Source: Deinococcus radiodurans R1 = ATCC 13939 = DSM 20539 (lineage in GTDB: Bacteria > Deinococcota > Deinococci > Deinococcales > Deinococcaceae). From it: a DNA stretch of 32,000 nt. The notes beneath the pieces are model-generated. The model saw only the letters and a list, made by a program, of their open reading frames with translations. It was not told the origin of the DNA and made no database searches. Position numbers and translations under genes: made by a program. The first letter of the stretch is position 1; each line of letters begins with the position of its first letter. The stretch is taken from assembly GCF_000008565.1 (NCBI RefSeq), contig NC_001263.1, forward strand, positions 2,069,834 through 2,101,833, written 5' to 3'. Shown one piece after another: positions 11,374 through 23,353 of this stretch.

Positions 11374-11832
11374 CTACAGCACCCGGAACGCCAGCCACCC
11401 CGCGAAAATTCCGATCAGCGTGCCCACGAACACTTCTGAATAGGTGTGGCCCATCAGCACCCGCAGCGGCTTGGGCGCGAAGCCCTCGCGGACGACCGCG
11501 CGCAGTTCCTCGATCAGCTCGTTGAGGAGCCGGGCCTGCACCCCCGAGGAGTGGCGCACCCCGCTCGCGTCGTACATCACGATCAGGGCGAAGGTGGCGG
11601 CGATGGCGAACAGCGGCGTGTCCCAGCCCTCGGTAAGGCCGATGCCGGTGCTCAGGGCGCTGACCATCGCCGAGTGGCTGCTCGGCATCCCGCCGGTTTC
11701 CATAAAGGCGCCGGGGTGCCAGCGCCGCTCCAGCAGCAAAATCAGCAGCACCTTGAGCACCTGCGCCCCCAGGGAAGCGAACACTGCCGCCCACAGCCAG
11801 CGGTTGCTCAGCAGCTCAGTCAGGGTCGTCAC
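11374..11832 (-). CDS. Divergent PAP2 family (DUF212, YuiD-like) membrane protein
   Basis: GGMPSSHSA motif and hydrophobic profile. GTG start 11832 follows a GGAG 6 nt upstream. Confidence 0.85.
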   Translation of the reverse strand: MTTLTELLSNRWLWAAVFASLGAQVLKVLLILLLERRWHPGAFMETGGMPSSHSAMVSALSTGIGLTEGWDTPLFAIAATFALIVMYDASGVRHSSGVQARLLNELIEELRAVVREGFAPKPLRVLMGHTYSEVFVGTLIGIFAGWLAFRVL

Positions 11833-11855
11833 AGCAGCTCCGGCAAAACGTCGGC

Positions 11856-12430
<575 letters not shown>

Positions 12431-12434
<4 letters not shown>

Positions 12435-12838
12435 CTCGCGCCCTGGCCTTTTGCGGTGGCCGAGGGTTTGACGCTGCTCTGCGCCCTGGCACCGGGCTGC
12501 TCCTTGGGCACGCACACGCCCTGCACCGAGATGTTGACGGTCTTGACCTTGAGTCCTGTCATCAGTTCGATGTTCTCACAGATCGAGCGCTGCGCCTGCT
12601 GCGAGACCTTGACGAGGTGCTGGCCGTACTCGATGTTCAGGCCCACGTCCACCGTCACTTCCTGGCCTTCGCGGGTCACGCGCAGGGCGCGCGGGCGCCG
12701 GGCGCCGGGCTGGTTGCGAATGACCTCGCCCACCTTGAGGGGAGCGGGCGCGATCTCGACGCCTTCGATGTGGTCGAGCGTGGTCGATGCGATATCGAGC
12801 AGCACGCTTTTGCTGATGTCTACTTCGGGGGTGGTCAT
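12431..12838 (-). CDS. Asp23/Gls24-family alkaline shock protein
   Basis: [20 protein letters not shown]...[12 protein letters not shown]...IELMTGLKV is typical of Asp23 (DUF322). GGAGG lies 9 nt upstream of ATG 12838. The asp23-nusB arrangement is common. Confidence 0.85.
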
Positions 12839-12908
12839 GCTCGTGTGCCTCCGGGCGCGGGAGAGTGGTGAGCCGCGCCGCTTGTCAGACTAGGGTAGCA
12901 GCCGGCGG

Positions 12909-15086
<2,178 letters not shown>

Positions 15087-15220
15087 TCAGGGGCACATCA
15101 GGCTTCTTGCCCTGCGCTCACTGCGGTTCTTTATACTTGACGGTGGTTTGAGCAGACAACTCGCGCAGACCTGAGGCCAACGCCCGTTTGACCCGTTTTT
15201 CTGTTTCCCCAGGAGACCCC

Positions 15221-16327
15221 ATGAAAAAATTTGTAACCCTGGCCCTCACCCTGAGCACCCTCGGCGCTTCCGTCGCTTCGGCACAGGCCGTGCGCGTGGG
15301 GATGGCCTACGACGCCGGCGGCAAGGCCGACAAGAGCTTTAACCAGAGCGCCTACGAAGGCAGCCAGCTTGCCGCCAAGAAGCTCGGCATTCAGGTCAAG
15401 GACTTTGAGCCCAGCGACCCCAGCCAGATCATCCAGGGCGTGCGCTCCTTTGCCAAGGAAGGCTTTGACCTGACCATCGGCGTGGGCTTTTCCAACAACG
15501 CCAGCATCACCCAGGTCGCCAAGGAAAACCCCGACCTGTACTTCGGTCTGGTGGACGACGTGAGCACCGCCAAGAACGTCGCCAGCCTGGTGTTCAACGA
15601 AGAGCAGGGCAGCTACCTCGTGGGCTACCTCGCCGCCATGAACTCCTCGACGGGCGTGGTGGGCTTTATCGGCGGCATGAACATTCCGCTGATCCACAAG
15701 TTCGAAGCCGGCTACCGCGCGGGCGTGAAGGCCGCCAACCCCAAGGCCACCATCATCTCGCAGTACGTGGGCAACACCCCCGAAGCCTGGAACAACCCCG
15801 GCAAGGCCAAGGAAATCGCCGCCAACATGCGTGGGCGCGGCGCCGACATCATCTTCGCGGCGGCGGGCGGCTCCGGCAACGGCCTGATCGATTACATCAA
15901 ACAGACCCCCTGCCTCAACGCCTCTCAGCTTCCCAAGGGCGTGACCTTCAAGTCCGACAACTTCAAGAACGTCAAGAAGAGCGCCGCCTATGCCAAGGCC
16001 TGCACGGGCAACACCCGCCCAATGTTCTTTATTGGCGTGGACAGCAACCAGAACTACCTCGGCGACTTCGACAAGAACCCCGCGACCCTCAACCACGGCC
16101 TGACCAGCATGGTCAAGCGGGTGGACAACGCGGTGTACGCCCTGATCAACGAAGTCAAGAACGACAAGTTCAAGGCCGGCGAGCGCCGCTTCGGCCTCAA
16201 GGACGGCGGCGTCGCCTACGCGGTGGACCAGTACAACAAGGCCCTGCTGCCCGCTGCCCAGATCGCCAAGGTCGAAGCTGTCAAGCAGCAGATCATCAAG
16301 GGCCAGATCAAGGTGCCGACCAAGTAA
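15221..16327 (+). CDS. BMP-family (PnrA/Med-like) ABC-transporter substrate-binding protein, secreted
   Basis: AGGAGA (15211-15216) precedes ATG 15221. Signal peptide MKKFVTLALTLSTLGASVASAQA. GGKADKSFNQSAYEG and AAGGSGNG motifs are present. Confidence 0.85.
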   Translation: MKKFVTLALTLSTLGASVASAQAVRVGMAYDAGGKADKSFNQSAYEGSQLAAKKLGIQVKDFEPSDPSQIIQGVRSFAKEGFDLTIGVGFSNNASITQVAKENPDLYFGLVDDVSTAKNVASLVFNEEQGSYLVGYLAAMNSSTGVVGFIGGMNIPLIHKFEAGYRAGVKAANPKATIISQYVGNTPEAWNNPGKAKEIAANMRGRGADIIFAAAGGSGNGLIDYIKQTPCLNASQLPKGVTFKSDNFKNVKKSAAYAKACTGNTRPMFFIGVDSNQNYLGDFDKNPATLNHGLTSMVKRVDNAVYALINEVKNDKFKAGERRFGLKDGGVAYAVDQYNKALLPAAQIAKVEAVKQQIIKGQIKVPTK

Positions 16328-16344
16328 GCTCAACCTCTTAAGAG

Positions 16345-16369
16345 CCGCTCCTTCGGGGGCGGTTTTTTT
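16345..16369 (+). terminator. Intrinsic terminator after the BMP gene
   Basis: CCGCTCC-TTCG-GGGGCGG hairpin followed by TTTTTTT (16363-16369). Confidence 0.8.
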
Positions 16370-16434
16370 GGTGCCGTGAACACAGAAAAGGCCCAGCATC
16401 CTCAAAGGACACCGGGCCAGTCAGCGAGCAAAGC

Positions 16435-17769
<1,335 letters not shown>

Positions 17770-17841
17770 ATCCTCGCCATGATACGTCGGTGAGTGCCGT
17801 GTGTACGAGGCTCAAGATGGGGATGACTGACTACGAGGCCG

Positions 17842-18924
17842 TCAGGCGAGGCCGAGAAACGCCCGGTACCGCCCCAACTCTTTCTCCACCCCCGATGCCA
17901 AAGTCTTCGTTTGCCGAACGCCGGGCAGGAAGTGTAGGTCGGCCTTCAGCTCACCGCCCTCTCCCTTCAGATTGGCCCACCCCACCGCCTTTTCCCCGCT
18001 GAAGACCGGCAGCGCGTAGTACCCGAACTGCCGTTTCGCGGCGGGCGTATACGCCTCCAGCTTGTACGCCCAGCCGTGCAGGTGTTCAAAGCGGCGACGG
18101 TCCCACACCAGCGGGTCGAAGGGACCGACGATGCGGACGCCTCTGGGCGCGGGCACATCTTCAAGATTCCACTCGGCGGGCCACACGTAGCGCACGCCGT
18201 CCACCACCGCGCCCGCCAGTTCTTCACGGGCCGCCCGCTTGAACGCCGCGCGCAGTTCGCCGTGCAGGTGCGGAAAGCCGAAGCGCGAGAGGGTGACGAG
18301 GTAGCCCAAACTCGCCTCGGGCAGCGGGCCGTACAGCGCAGCGAGCAGGTGCACCGCACCGCGCAGCCGCTCCGCATCAGGAAGGGGGTCGCGGCGCAAC
18401 TCGGCCAGATGGGGAGCCGGGCCGTAAAGCCGCACGCCGGACACCCGGCGGGTCACGCGGGCCTCGCCCCGGTAGTGCAGCGCGTCCAGGGCGCGAGTGG
18501 TGGCGCTGCTCTGGCCGCCCCAGGCGTTGCCGACGCGGCCCCGGCCAATCAAGGTGTCGGCCTCGCGGGGGTGGAGTTCTGCGCGCTCACGCAGCAGCCC
18601 CCGCACCTCGTCCAGAAGTTCCGGGTGCTCGCGCTCGATGCGGGTCACGCCGACCTCGCGCGGGTGCAGCAGCTTTTGCGTCTCACGCGGGAAAAAGCCG
18701 TAGTTGGGGAGCATGTCCTCTTCGGCGTCGAGCGCGGGGTAAAGGCGTTCGAGGTCGCCCGCGCGGTAGCCCCGCACCCGCCCCATCAGCGTCAAATCCT
18801 GCGCCCTGGCCGGGGCGCGGATGGGGTCGGCTTGCAGGAACCCGAGGGCGCTGAGCGCCGTTTGCACGTCCGGCTGCGGGGTGAGGGTACGGAAGGCGGC
18901 GGCGCGCAGGGTGGCGAGGTTCAT
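17842..18924 (-). CDS. YcaQ/AlkZ-like (HTH_42, DUF1006) winged-helix DNA glycosylase homologue
   Basis: N-terminal GFLQADPIR (Q-phi-D motif). The C-terminal GPFDPLVWDRRRFEHLHGWAYKLEAYTPAAKRQFGYYALP closely resembles E. coli YcaQ as I recall it. ATG 18924 overlaps the upstream stop (ATGA). Confidence 0.8.
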   Translation of the reverse strand: MNLATLRAAAFRTLTPQPDVQTALSALGFLQADPIRAPARAQDLTLMGRVRGYRAGDLERLYPALDAEEDMLPNYGFFPRETQKLLHPREVGVTRIEREHPELLDEVRGLLRERAELHPREADTLIGRGRVGNAWGGQSSATTRALDALHYRGEARVTRRVSGVRLYGPAPHLAELRRDPLPDAERLRGAVHLLAALYGPLPEASLGYLVTLSRFGFPHLHGELRAAFKRAAREELAGAVVDGVRYVWPAEWNLEDVPAPRGVRIVGPFDPLVWDRRRFEHLHGWAYKLEAYTPAAKRQFGYYALPVFSGEKAVGWANLKGEGGELKADLHFLPGVRQTKTLASGVEKELGRYRAFLGLA

Positions 18925-19499
18925 GGATGAGGGTTGCTGGACGACAGGGCGAGAGCTTCGGCGTGCCCCATGATGGCCCGCGCCGCTTCCTCCGGGGAAA
19001 GCCGCGAAGTGTCCAGCGTCAACATGCCTTCCGGCACAGGCAAGACGCCTTTGCTGTCCAGCACGGCCTGCAACGTGTCGGGGTCGGTCAACTTCAGGCG
19101 GGCACGGCGCTCCGGCAGCGGCATCCGGCGCCGCAGTTCTTCGGTGGGGCAGGTCAGGAAGACCGGGACGAAAGTGGCCCCCCGCTGCTCAGCCAGCGCC
19201 GCGAACTTGCCTATCATCTCGGCCTCACCGGGCAGGTCTGCCAGGTAGTTGGTGAAAATATGGCTGACCCCCGCCGGAGCCGCCGCCACCGCCTCCAGCA
19301 GCAGCGCCCGCAGGCGGCGGGTAAAAGACCAGACCTCGGCGGGCGGGTCGCCCTGGCCCGTGAAGCCGAACGCTGCGAACATCGGGTCATTGATGATGTG
19401 GTTGTCGAGCAGCGCCGCGCCGGTCAGCCGCGTGAGTTCCAGCCCCACGGTGCGTTTGCCGCTGCCGGGCGGCCCGATGAGATAGAAGAGACGGCTCAC
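18921..19499 (-). CDS. P-loop NTPase, small kinase-like (AAA_33/CPT-like) protein
   Basis: Walker A LIGPPGSGKRT lies 9 residues from the N-terminus. An Arg-rich lid-like segment ELRRRMPLPERRARLK is present. GTG 19499 overlaps the mpg stop (GTGA). Confidence 0.7.
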   Translation of the reverse strand: MSRLFYLIGPPGSGKRTVGLELTRLTGAALLDNHIINDPMFAAFGFTGQGDPPAEVWSFTRRLRALLLEAVAAAPAGVSHIFTNYLADLPGEAEMIGKFAALAEQRGATFVPVFLTCPTEELRRRMPLPERRARLKLTDPDTLQAVLDSKGVLPVPEGMLTLDTSRLSPEEAARAIMGHAEALALSSSNPHP

Positions 19500-20068
19500 G
19501 GCGCGGCCAGCTCCATGCTCGGCTGCGCGGGCGACACCCAGCCGTTGCCCCGAATCAGAAAGCGCCAGGGCAGGTTGCGCCCTTCGCGGATGCCTACGCG
19601 GGCGGTGACGGTGACTTCATCGTCGGCCAGCGGAGTCTCCGGCGCGAGCAGGTGCAGTTCGGGGCTGTTCACCGGGCGGTGGCTGATCTGCATGGGGTCA
19701 AGGCCGAGCGCGTAGACCAGTTTCGCCGGGCCGCTCGTCAGGTCGCGCTGGCGGGTCACAGGGCGGTAATCGAGCATTTTGCCCGCCCCTTCCAGCGGCT
19801 CAAGCGCCCGGATCAGCACGCTGGCGCTCACCCCTTCCTGACGGCAGGCGACCTGCAACAGCGGGTGCCCGTGCGCGAACCAGAACAGCCAGTGACCGGG
19901 CGCAATCGCCATTTCCGCGCTGCGGGCGGCGTGAAAGCGCCCGGCGGTGCAGGCCGGGTCACGCGGGCAGTCGTAGGCTTCCACTTCCACCACTCGCCCG
20001 CTCAGGCGGTGGCCGTCCGGGGTTACGCGGACCAGCGTGCCTCCGAGCAGCTCGCGGGCAAGGCGCAC
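19496..20068 (-). CDS. mpg: 3-methyladenine (alkylpurine) DNA glycosylase, AAG/Mpg family; true start probably upstream of 20068
   Basis: ARELLGGTLVRV...GRVVEVEAY...SGPAKL...RVGI is the Mpg/AAG pattern. The first canonical start is GTG 20068. The frame stays open to 20119 and encodes more Mpg-like N-terminal sequence; see the finding at 20066-20135. Confidence 0.85.
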   Translation of the reverse strand: MRLARELLGGTLVRVTPDGHRLSGRVVEVEAYDCPRDPACTAGRFHAARSAEMAIAPGHWLFWFAHGHPLLQVACRQEGVSASVLIRALEPLEGAGKMLDYRPVTRQRDLTSGPAKLVYALGLDPMQISHRPVNSPELHLLAPETPLADDEVTVTARVGIREGRNLPWRFLIRGNGWVSPAQPSMELAAP

Positions 20069-20119
20069 CGGGTTGGCGTCGAAGTGGGCGGGATTTAGGG
20101 GTGGAAGCGGCGGCAGGAC

Positions 20120-20530
20120 TCAGCCCTCAGTGCTGGCGCCGGGGCGGGTGGTCCACTCGGGGGCGGGCTCAATCACGTCGGCGGGCGCTTTGCCGCGCTC
20201 CAGGCCGCTGTTTTGCTCGGTCTGCACCGGGCGCAGCGCCATGCCTTCCGCGCACTCGATCTGGCAGGAGAGCCGCGCCTCACCGAGCAGGCCCTTGTCC
20301 TGCAACTTGTCGTGTTCGGCCAGCGTCATGGCGTCGGGTTCGCCTTCCGTGAAGACCACCCGGCAGGTCGTGCATTTGGCGACGCCGCCGCAGCGGTGCA
20401 GGATGTCCACCCCGCCGCGCTCCAGTGCCGTGACCAGCCGCTCGCCCGAGTGGGCCTGAATCTCGCCGTAGCCCTCCACGGCAATGGTGACGGGCTGGCC
20501 TTGCTGCTGGGCAATCAGGGGTTCGGTCAT
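20120..20530 (-). CDS. 2Fe-2S ferredoxin
   Basis: The Cys pattern C-x5-C-x2-C...C (HRCGGVAKCTTCRV ... LSCQI) sits in a ferredoxin-sized beta-grasp protein. ATG 20530 sits 6 nt after TATCCT. Confidence 0.8.
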   Translation of the reverse strand: MTEPLIAQQQGQPVTIAVEGYGEIQAHSGERLVTALERGGVDILHRCGGVAKCTTCRVVFTEGEPDAMTLAEHDKLQDKGLLGEARLSCQIECAEGMALRPVQTEQNSGLERGKAPADVIEPAPEWTTRPGASTEG

Positions 20531-20536
20531 GCGGTC

Positions 20537-20551
20537 AGGATACGGGATACT
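20537..20551. promoter_or_regulatory. Back-to-back -10-like boxes in a 27-bp divergent intergenic region
   Basis: AGGATACGGGATACT reads as GATACT (20546-20551) on the plus strand, 6 nt before ATG 20558. On the minus strand it reads as TATCCT (20542-20537), 6 nt before ATG 20530. It is also a tandem GGATAC x2. Confidence 0.5.
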
Positions 20552-20557
20552 CCGGGC

Positions 20558-21544
20558 ATGACCTCATCGTCCGCCGCTCCCCTCGTTCCGCTGCTGGGCA
20601 GCCTGCACGCGCTGCAAGTGCCGATTCCTTACCCCATGAAGACGGTCACGGTCCTGATCGACGCTCCGGCGCGCGGGCCACTGACCCTGATCGACTGCGC
20701 GCTCGACACCCCGGAGGCGCGCGCCGCCATCGAGGACGGGCTCGCGCAACTCGGGCGGCACTGGTCCGACATCGACCGCCTCATCGTGACGCACCACCAC
20801 CCCGACCATTACGGCCTCGCGGGCGTCATCGAGGAACGCAGCGGCGCGCGCGTGCAGATGCTCGACGTGGAAATCGGGCGCGGCGAGCGCTACTGGCACA
20901 TGCTGAGCGAGTGGCTGCCGGGGCACCGCAAGCACATGCGCGACCACGGGCTGCCCGAGGCATCGGTGGAGGGCATCCGCGCCGAGAACCCGCGCGTGCA
21001 CCCCGCCAGCCGGGTGGAACCGCTGCGCGAGGGACAAAGCGTGTCGCTCGCCGGGCACGAGTGGGAAGTGCTGTGGCTCCCCGGTCACGCCGACGGGCAC
21101 CTCGGCCTGTGGAACGAGGAAGAAAGCCTGCTGATTGCCGGCGACGCCATCTTGCCGCGCATCAGTCCCAACATCGGCCTGTACGCCTACACCCGGCCCG
21201 ACCCCCTCGGCGACTACCTGCAAACGCTGGGCAAGCTGGAAGCCCTGAACCCGCGCCGGGCCGTCGTCGGGCACCACGGGCCGGTCATGGAGGGCGTGCA
21301 GGCCCGCGCCCGTGAGCTGCGCGGGCACCACCACGAGCGGCTGGACTTTATCGGCGCCGAGGCTCGCCGTGAGGGCCGCAGCGCCTACGACCTGTCGCTG
21401 GCGATGTTTCCGCGCGACCTCGACGAAGGCGGGCGCCGCTTTGCTCTGGCCGAGACGCTCGCGCACCTCGAACACCTGCGGCTGCTCGGGCAACTCGCCC
21501 GCACCTGGGACGAGGGGGCGCAGGTGTGGCGGTATCACGCTTGA
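20558..21544 (+). CDS. MBL-fold metallo-hydrolase
   Basis: THHHPDHYG (HxHxDH) motif. The ORF-track start at 20213 would run antisense through the ferredoxin gene, so ATG 20558 is chosen. Confidence 0.85.
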   Translation: MTSSSAAPLVPLLGSLHALQVPIPYPMKTVTVLIDAPARGPLTLIDCALDTPEARAAIEDGLAQLGRHWSDIDRLIVTHHHPDHYGLAGVIEERSGARVQMLDVEIGRGERYWHMLSEWLPGHRKHMRDHGLPEASVEGIRAENPRVHPASRVEPLREGQSVSLAGHEWEVLWLPGHADGHLGLWNEEESLLIAGDAILPRISPNIGLYAYTRPDPLGDYLQTLGKLEALNPRRAVVGHHGPVMEGVQARARELRGHHHERLDFIGAEARREGRSAYDLSLAMFPRDLDEGGRRFALAETLAHLEHLRLLGQLARTWDEGAQVWRYHA

Positions 21545-21632
21545 GGTTCCCCAAAAGAACTGCCCCACTCTGCCCCATGAAATGGAGCCACTCTTCCCGA
21601 GCCCGGCGAGCAGGCCGTCTATACTCGCCCGC

Positions 21633-22091
21633 ATGACGGCATCCCAGACCGAGCTGCGGCGCATCATGGCCGCGCTGCAAGAACGTGGCCTGACCGTCGA
21701 GGCGGTGGAAGACGGCGCGCTGGTGCAAGACGGCGACGCCCGCGTGGCGCTGTTTGCCGAGGCCGACCACCGCGGCGGCGTGCTGGTGCGGCTGCACCTC
21801 GACCTTGACCTGTACGTCGAGGAAGACTCGCTGCCCGACATCCTGATGGGCATGAATCTGCTCAACCAGGGCCTGGACTACGGCGCCCTGATTCTCGACC
21901 CCCTCGACCCCGAGGATGCCGACGAAGAAGCGCCCATCGCTTTCGCCGTACTGGGGCGCAGCGTGCTGTGGCTGCCCGACCTCGGCCCCGAGGAGCTCGG
22001 GCGGCTGCGCGAGCACCTGCGCCGCTTCGAGCAGGAAGTCACCGAAACGGTGGAGCGCACCCTGCACGGCGGCAGCGGCATCAGCGCCTGA
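21633..22091 (+). CDS. Hypothetical acidic protein (possibly YbjN-like fold)
   Basis: ATG 21633 sits 7 nt after TATACT (21620-21625). The frame is GC3-rich. The family assignment is tentative. Confidence 0.6.
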   Translation: MTASQTELRRIMAALQERGLTVEAVEDGALVQDGDARVALFAEADHRGGVLVRLHLDLDLYVEEDSLPDILMGMNLLNQGLDYGALILDPLDPEDADEEAPIAFAVLGRSVLWLPDLGPEELGRLREHLRRFEQEVTETVERTLHGGSGISA

Positions 22092-22110
22092 GCAGGAGAG
22101 AAACAGCAAG

Positions 22111-22145
22111 GGGCCACTTCCCGGCGAAGGAAGTGGCCCTCTTTT
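22111..22145 (+). terminator. Intrinsic terminator between convergent genes
   Basis: 11-bp stem GGGCCACTTCC (22111-22121) pairs with GGAAGTGGCCC (22129-22139), followed by TCTTTT. Confidence 0.8.
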
Positions 22146-22167
22146 CAGTTTGGGTCGTCAGTGCGGG

Positions 22168-22881
22168 TCAGCGGCCAATAAAGTCGCGCACCTGGGTGTA
22201 GACGGTGGCGTCACCGTACAGGCTCGAGTGGGTCAGGCAGGAGGTCTTAGTATTGGTGGCTCCGCTGAGCGGCACGCTGCTGTTGGGGTTGATGACCGCG
22301 TCGCAGGGCGACCACCAGGTGGCGTAGCGGACCGCGCCGGGCGTTTCGTCGCCGCTGTTGAGCGCTTTGATGAACGACGAGCCCTGGCGCATCTCAATGC
22401 AGGAGGCGGTGGAGCAGGCCAGCGCAAAATCGGTGCCGTGGTTGGGGCCGCCGAGCGACACCCAGGCGTCCACTTTGGCGGTGCCGCCGAGGTTCTTGAG
22501 GTAGTAGCGGCTGGAGAGCGCGCCCATCGAGTGCGACACGATGTCCACTTGCGCCGCGCCGGTCTGCGCCAGGATCGCGTCCACCTTCTGCCGCAGCAGG
22601 TCGGCAGTCACGGCGTTGGACTTGAAGCTGTCATACGACCAGCTGAACAGCTGCGCGTCGGTCCAGCCGTCCTGCTTGAAGCGGTTCATCATCGGGCTCC
22701 AGATGGAGCCATCCGAGTTGAAACCGTGCACGAACAGTACCGGATGCCGCACCGGCGCGGCAAGGGCCTGGGCCGACAGCTCGGACGGAGCCTGGGTCAG
22801 GGTGCCACAGCCCGCCAGCAGCGCCGCCGAGAGCGGCAACAGGACGAAACGTTTGGAAAAAGCCAGGAAAGGGACAGTCAT
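22168..22881 (-). CDS. Secreted lipoprotein lipase/esterase, Bacillus LipA-like (Lipase_2) alpha/beta hydrolase
   Basis: Lipobox LLAGC (Cys25). PVLFVHGF oxyanion region, nucleophile elbow VSHSMG, and LGGPNHGT. Confidence 0.85.
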   Translation of the reverse strand: MTVPFLAFSKRFVLLPLSAALLAGCGTLTQAPSELSAQALAAPVRHPVLFVHGFNSDGSIWSPMMNRFKQDGWTDAQLFSWSYDSFKSNAVTADLLRQKVDAILAQTGAAQVDIVSHSMGALSSRYYLKNLGGTAKVDAWVSLGGPNHGTDFALACSTASCIEMRQGSSFIKALNSGDETPGAVRYATWWSPCDAVINPNSSVPLSGATNTKTSCLTHSSLYGDATVYTQVRDFIGR

Positions 22882-23002
22882 ATGCTCAGTCCAATCTAAA
22901 GCCTCTGCCAGAAAACTTACCCAATGCTCATGGTAAAGGCGGGCCTGGGTGGGTCAGCCGGCACCCTTACACGCTCGCTGTACTTTGCCGTACTATGTAG
23001 TC

Positions 23003-23353
23003 ATGCAAGGTAAAGACCTGGACGGCAACCTGCTGCGCGGCACCCTGGACTTTCTGCTGCTGGCGAGCCTGGAAGACGGCCCGCTGTACGGCCTACGCAT
23101 CATTCAGGACGTGCAGGACCGGACCGACGGGCATTTCCGCTTCAAGGAAGGGACGCTGTATCCGGCATTGCACCGCCTGGAAAAGCGCGGCTGGATCGTG
23201 GGGGAGCAGCGTCCGAGCGACGCGGGCGGCCCACCGCGCAAATACTATGAGCTGACCGAGGGCGGCAAAACCGAACTCGCCCGGCAGCGCGAGCAGCAGC
23301 GTGCCCATGCCCGCGCCCTTGCCCCCTACCTGCAACTTTGGAGACTGGCATGA
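23003..23353 (+). CDS. PadR-family transcriptional regulator
   Basis: LYGLRIIQDV...FKEGTLYPALHRLEKRGWI...YYELTEGG winged-helix signature. ATG 23003 sits 6 nt after TACTAT (22991-22996). Confidence 0.9.
   Translation: MQGKDLDGNLLRGTLDFLLLASLEDGPLYGLRIIQDVQDRTDGHFRFKEGTLYPALHRLEKRGWIVGEQRPSDAGGPPRKYYELTEGGKTELARQREQQRAHARALAPYLQLWRLA

Noticed and set aside
11124-11525. ORF 11124..11525(+) spanning the pilD 3' end, the terminator and the palindromic element
   Set aside because: It reads through a 16-bp perfect terminator stem and the REP-like hairpins, and is then antisense to the PAP2-like gene. It is not a plausible gene.
20114-20122. Selenocysteine decoding of the in-frame TGA between the ferredoxin and mpg
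   Set aside because: The roughly 40 nt downstream of the TGA are C-rich with almost no G, so they cannot form a SECIS-like hairpin. Nothing in the window suggests selenoprotein machinery.
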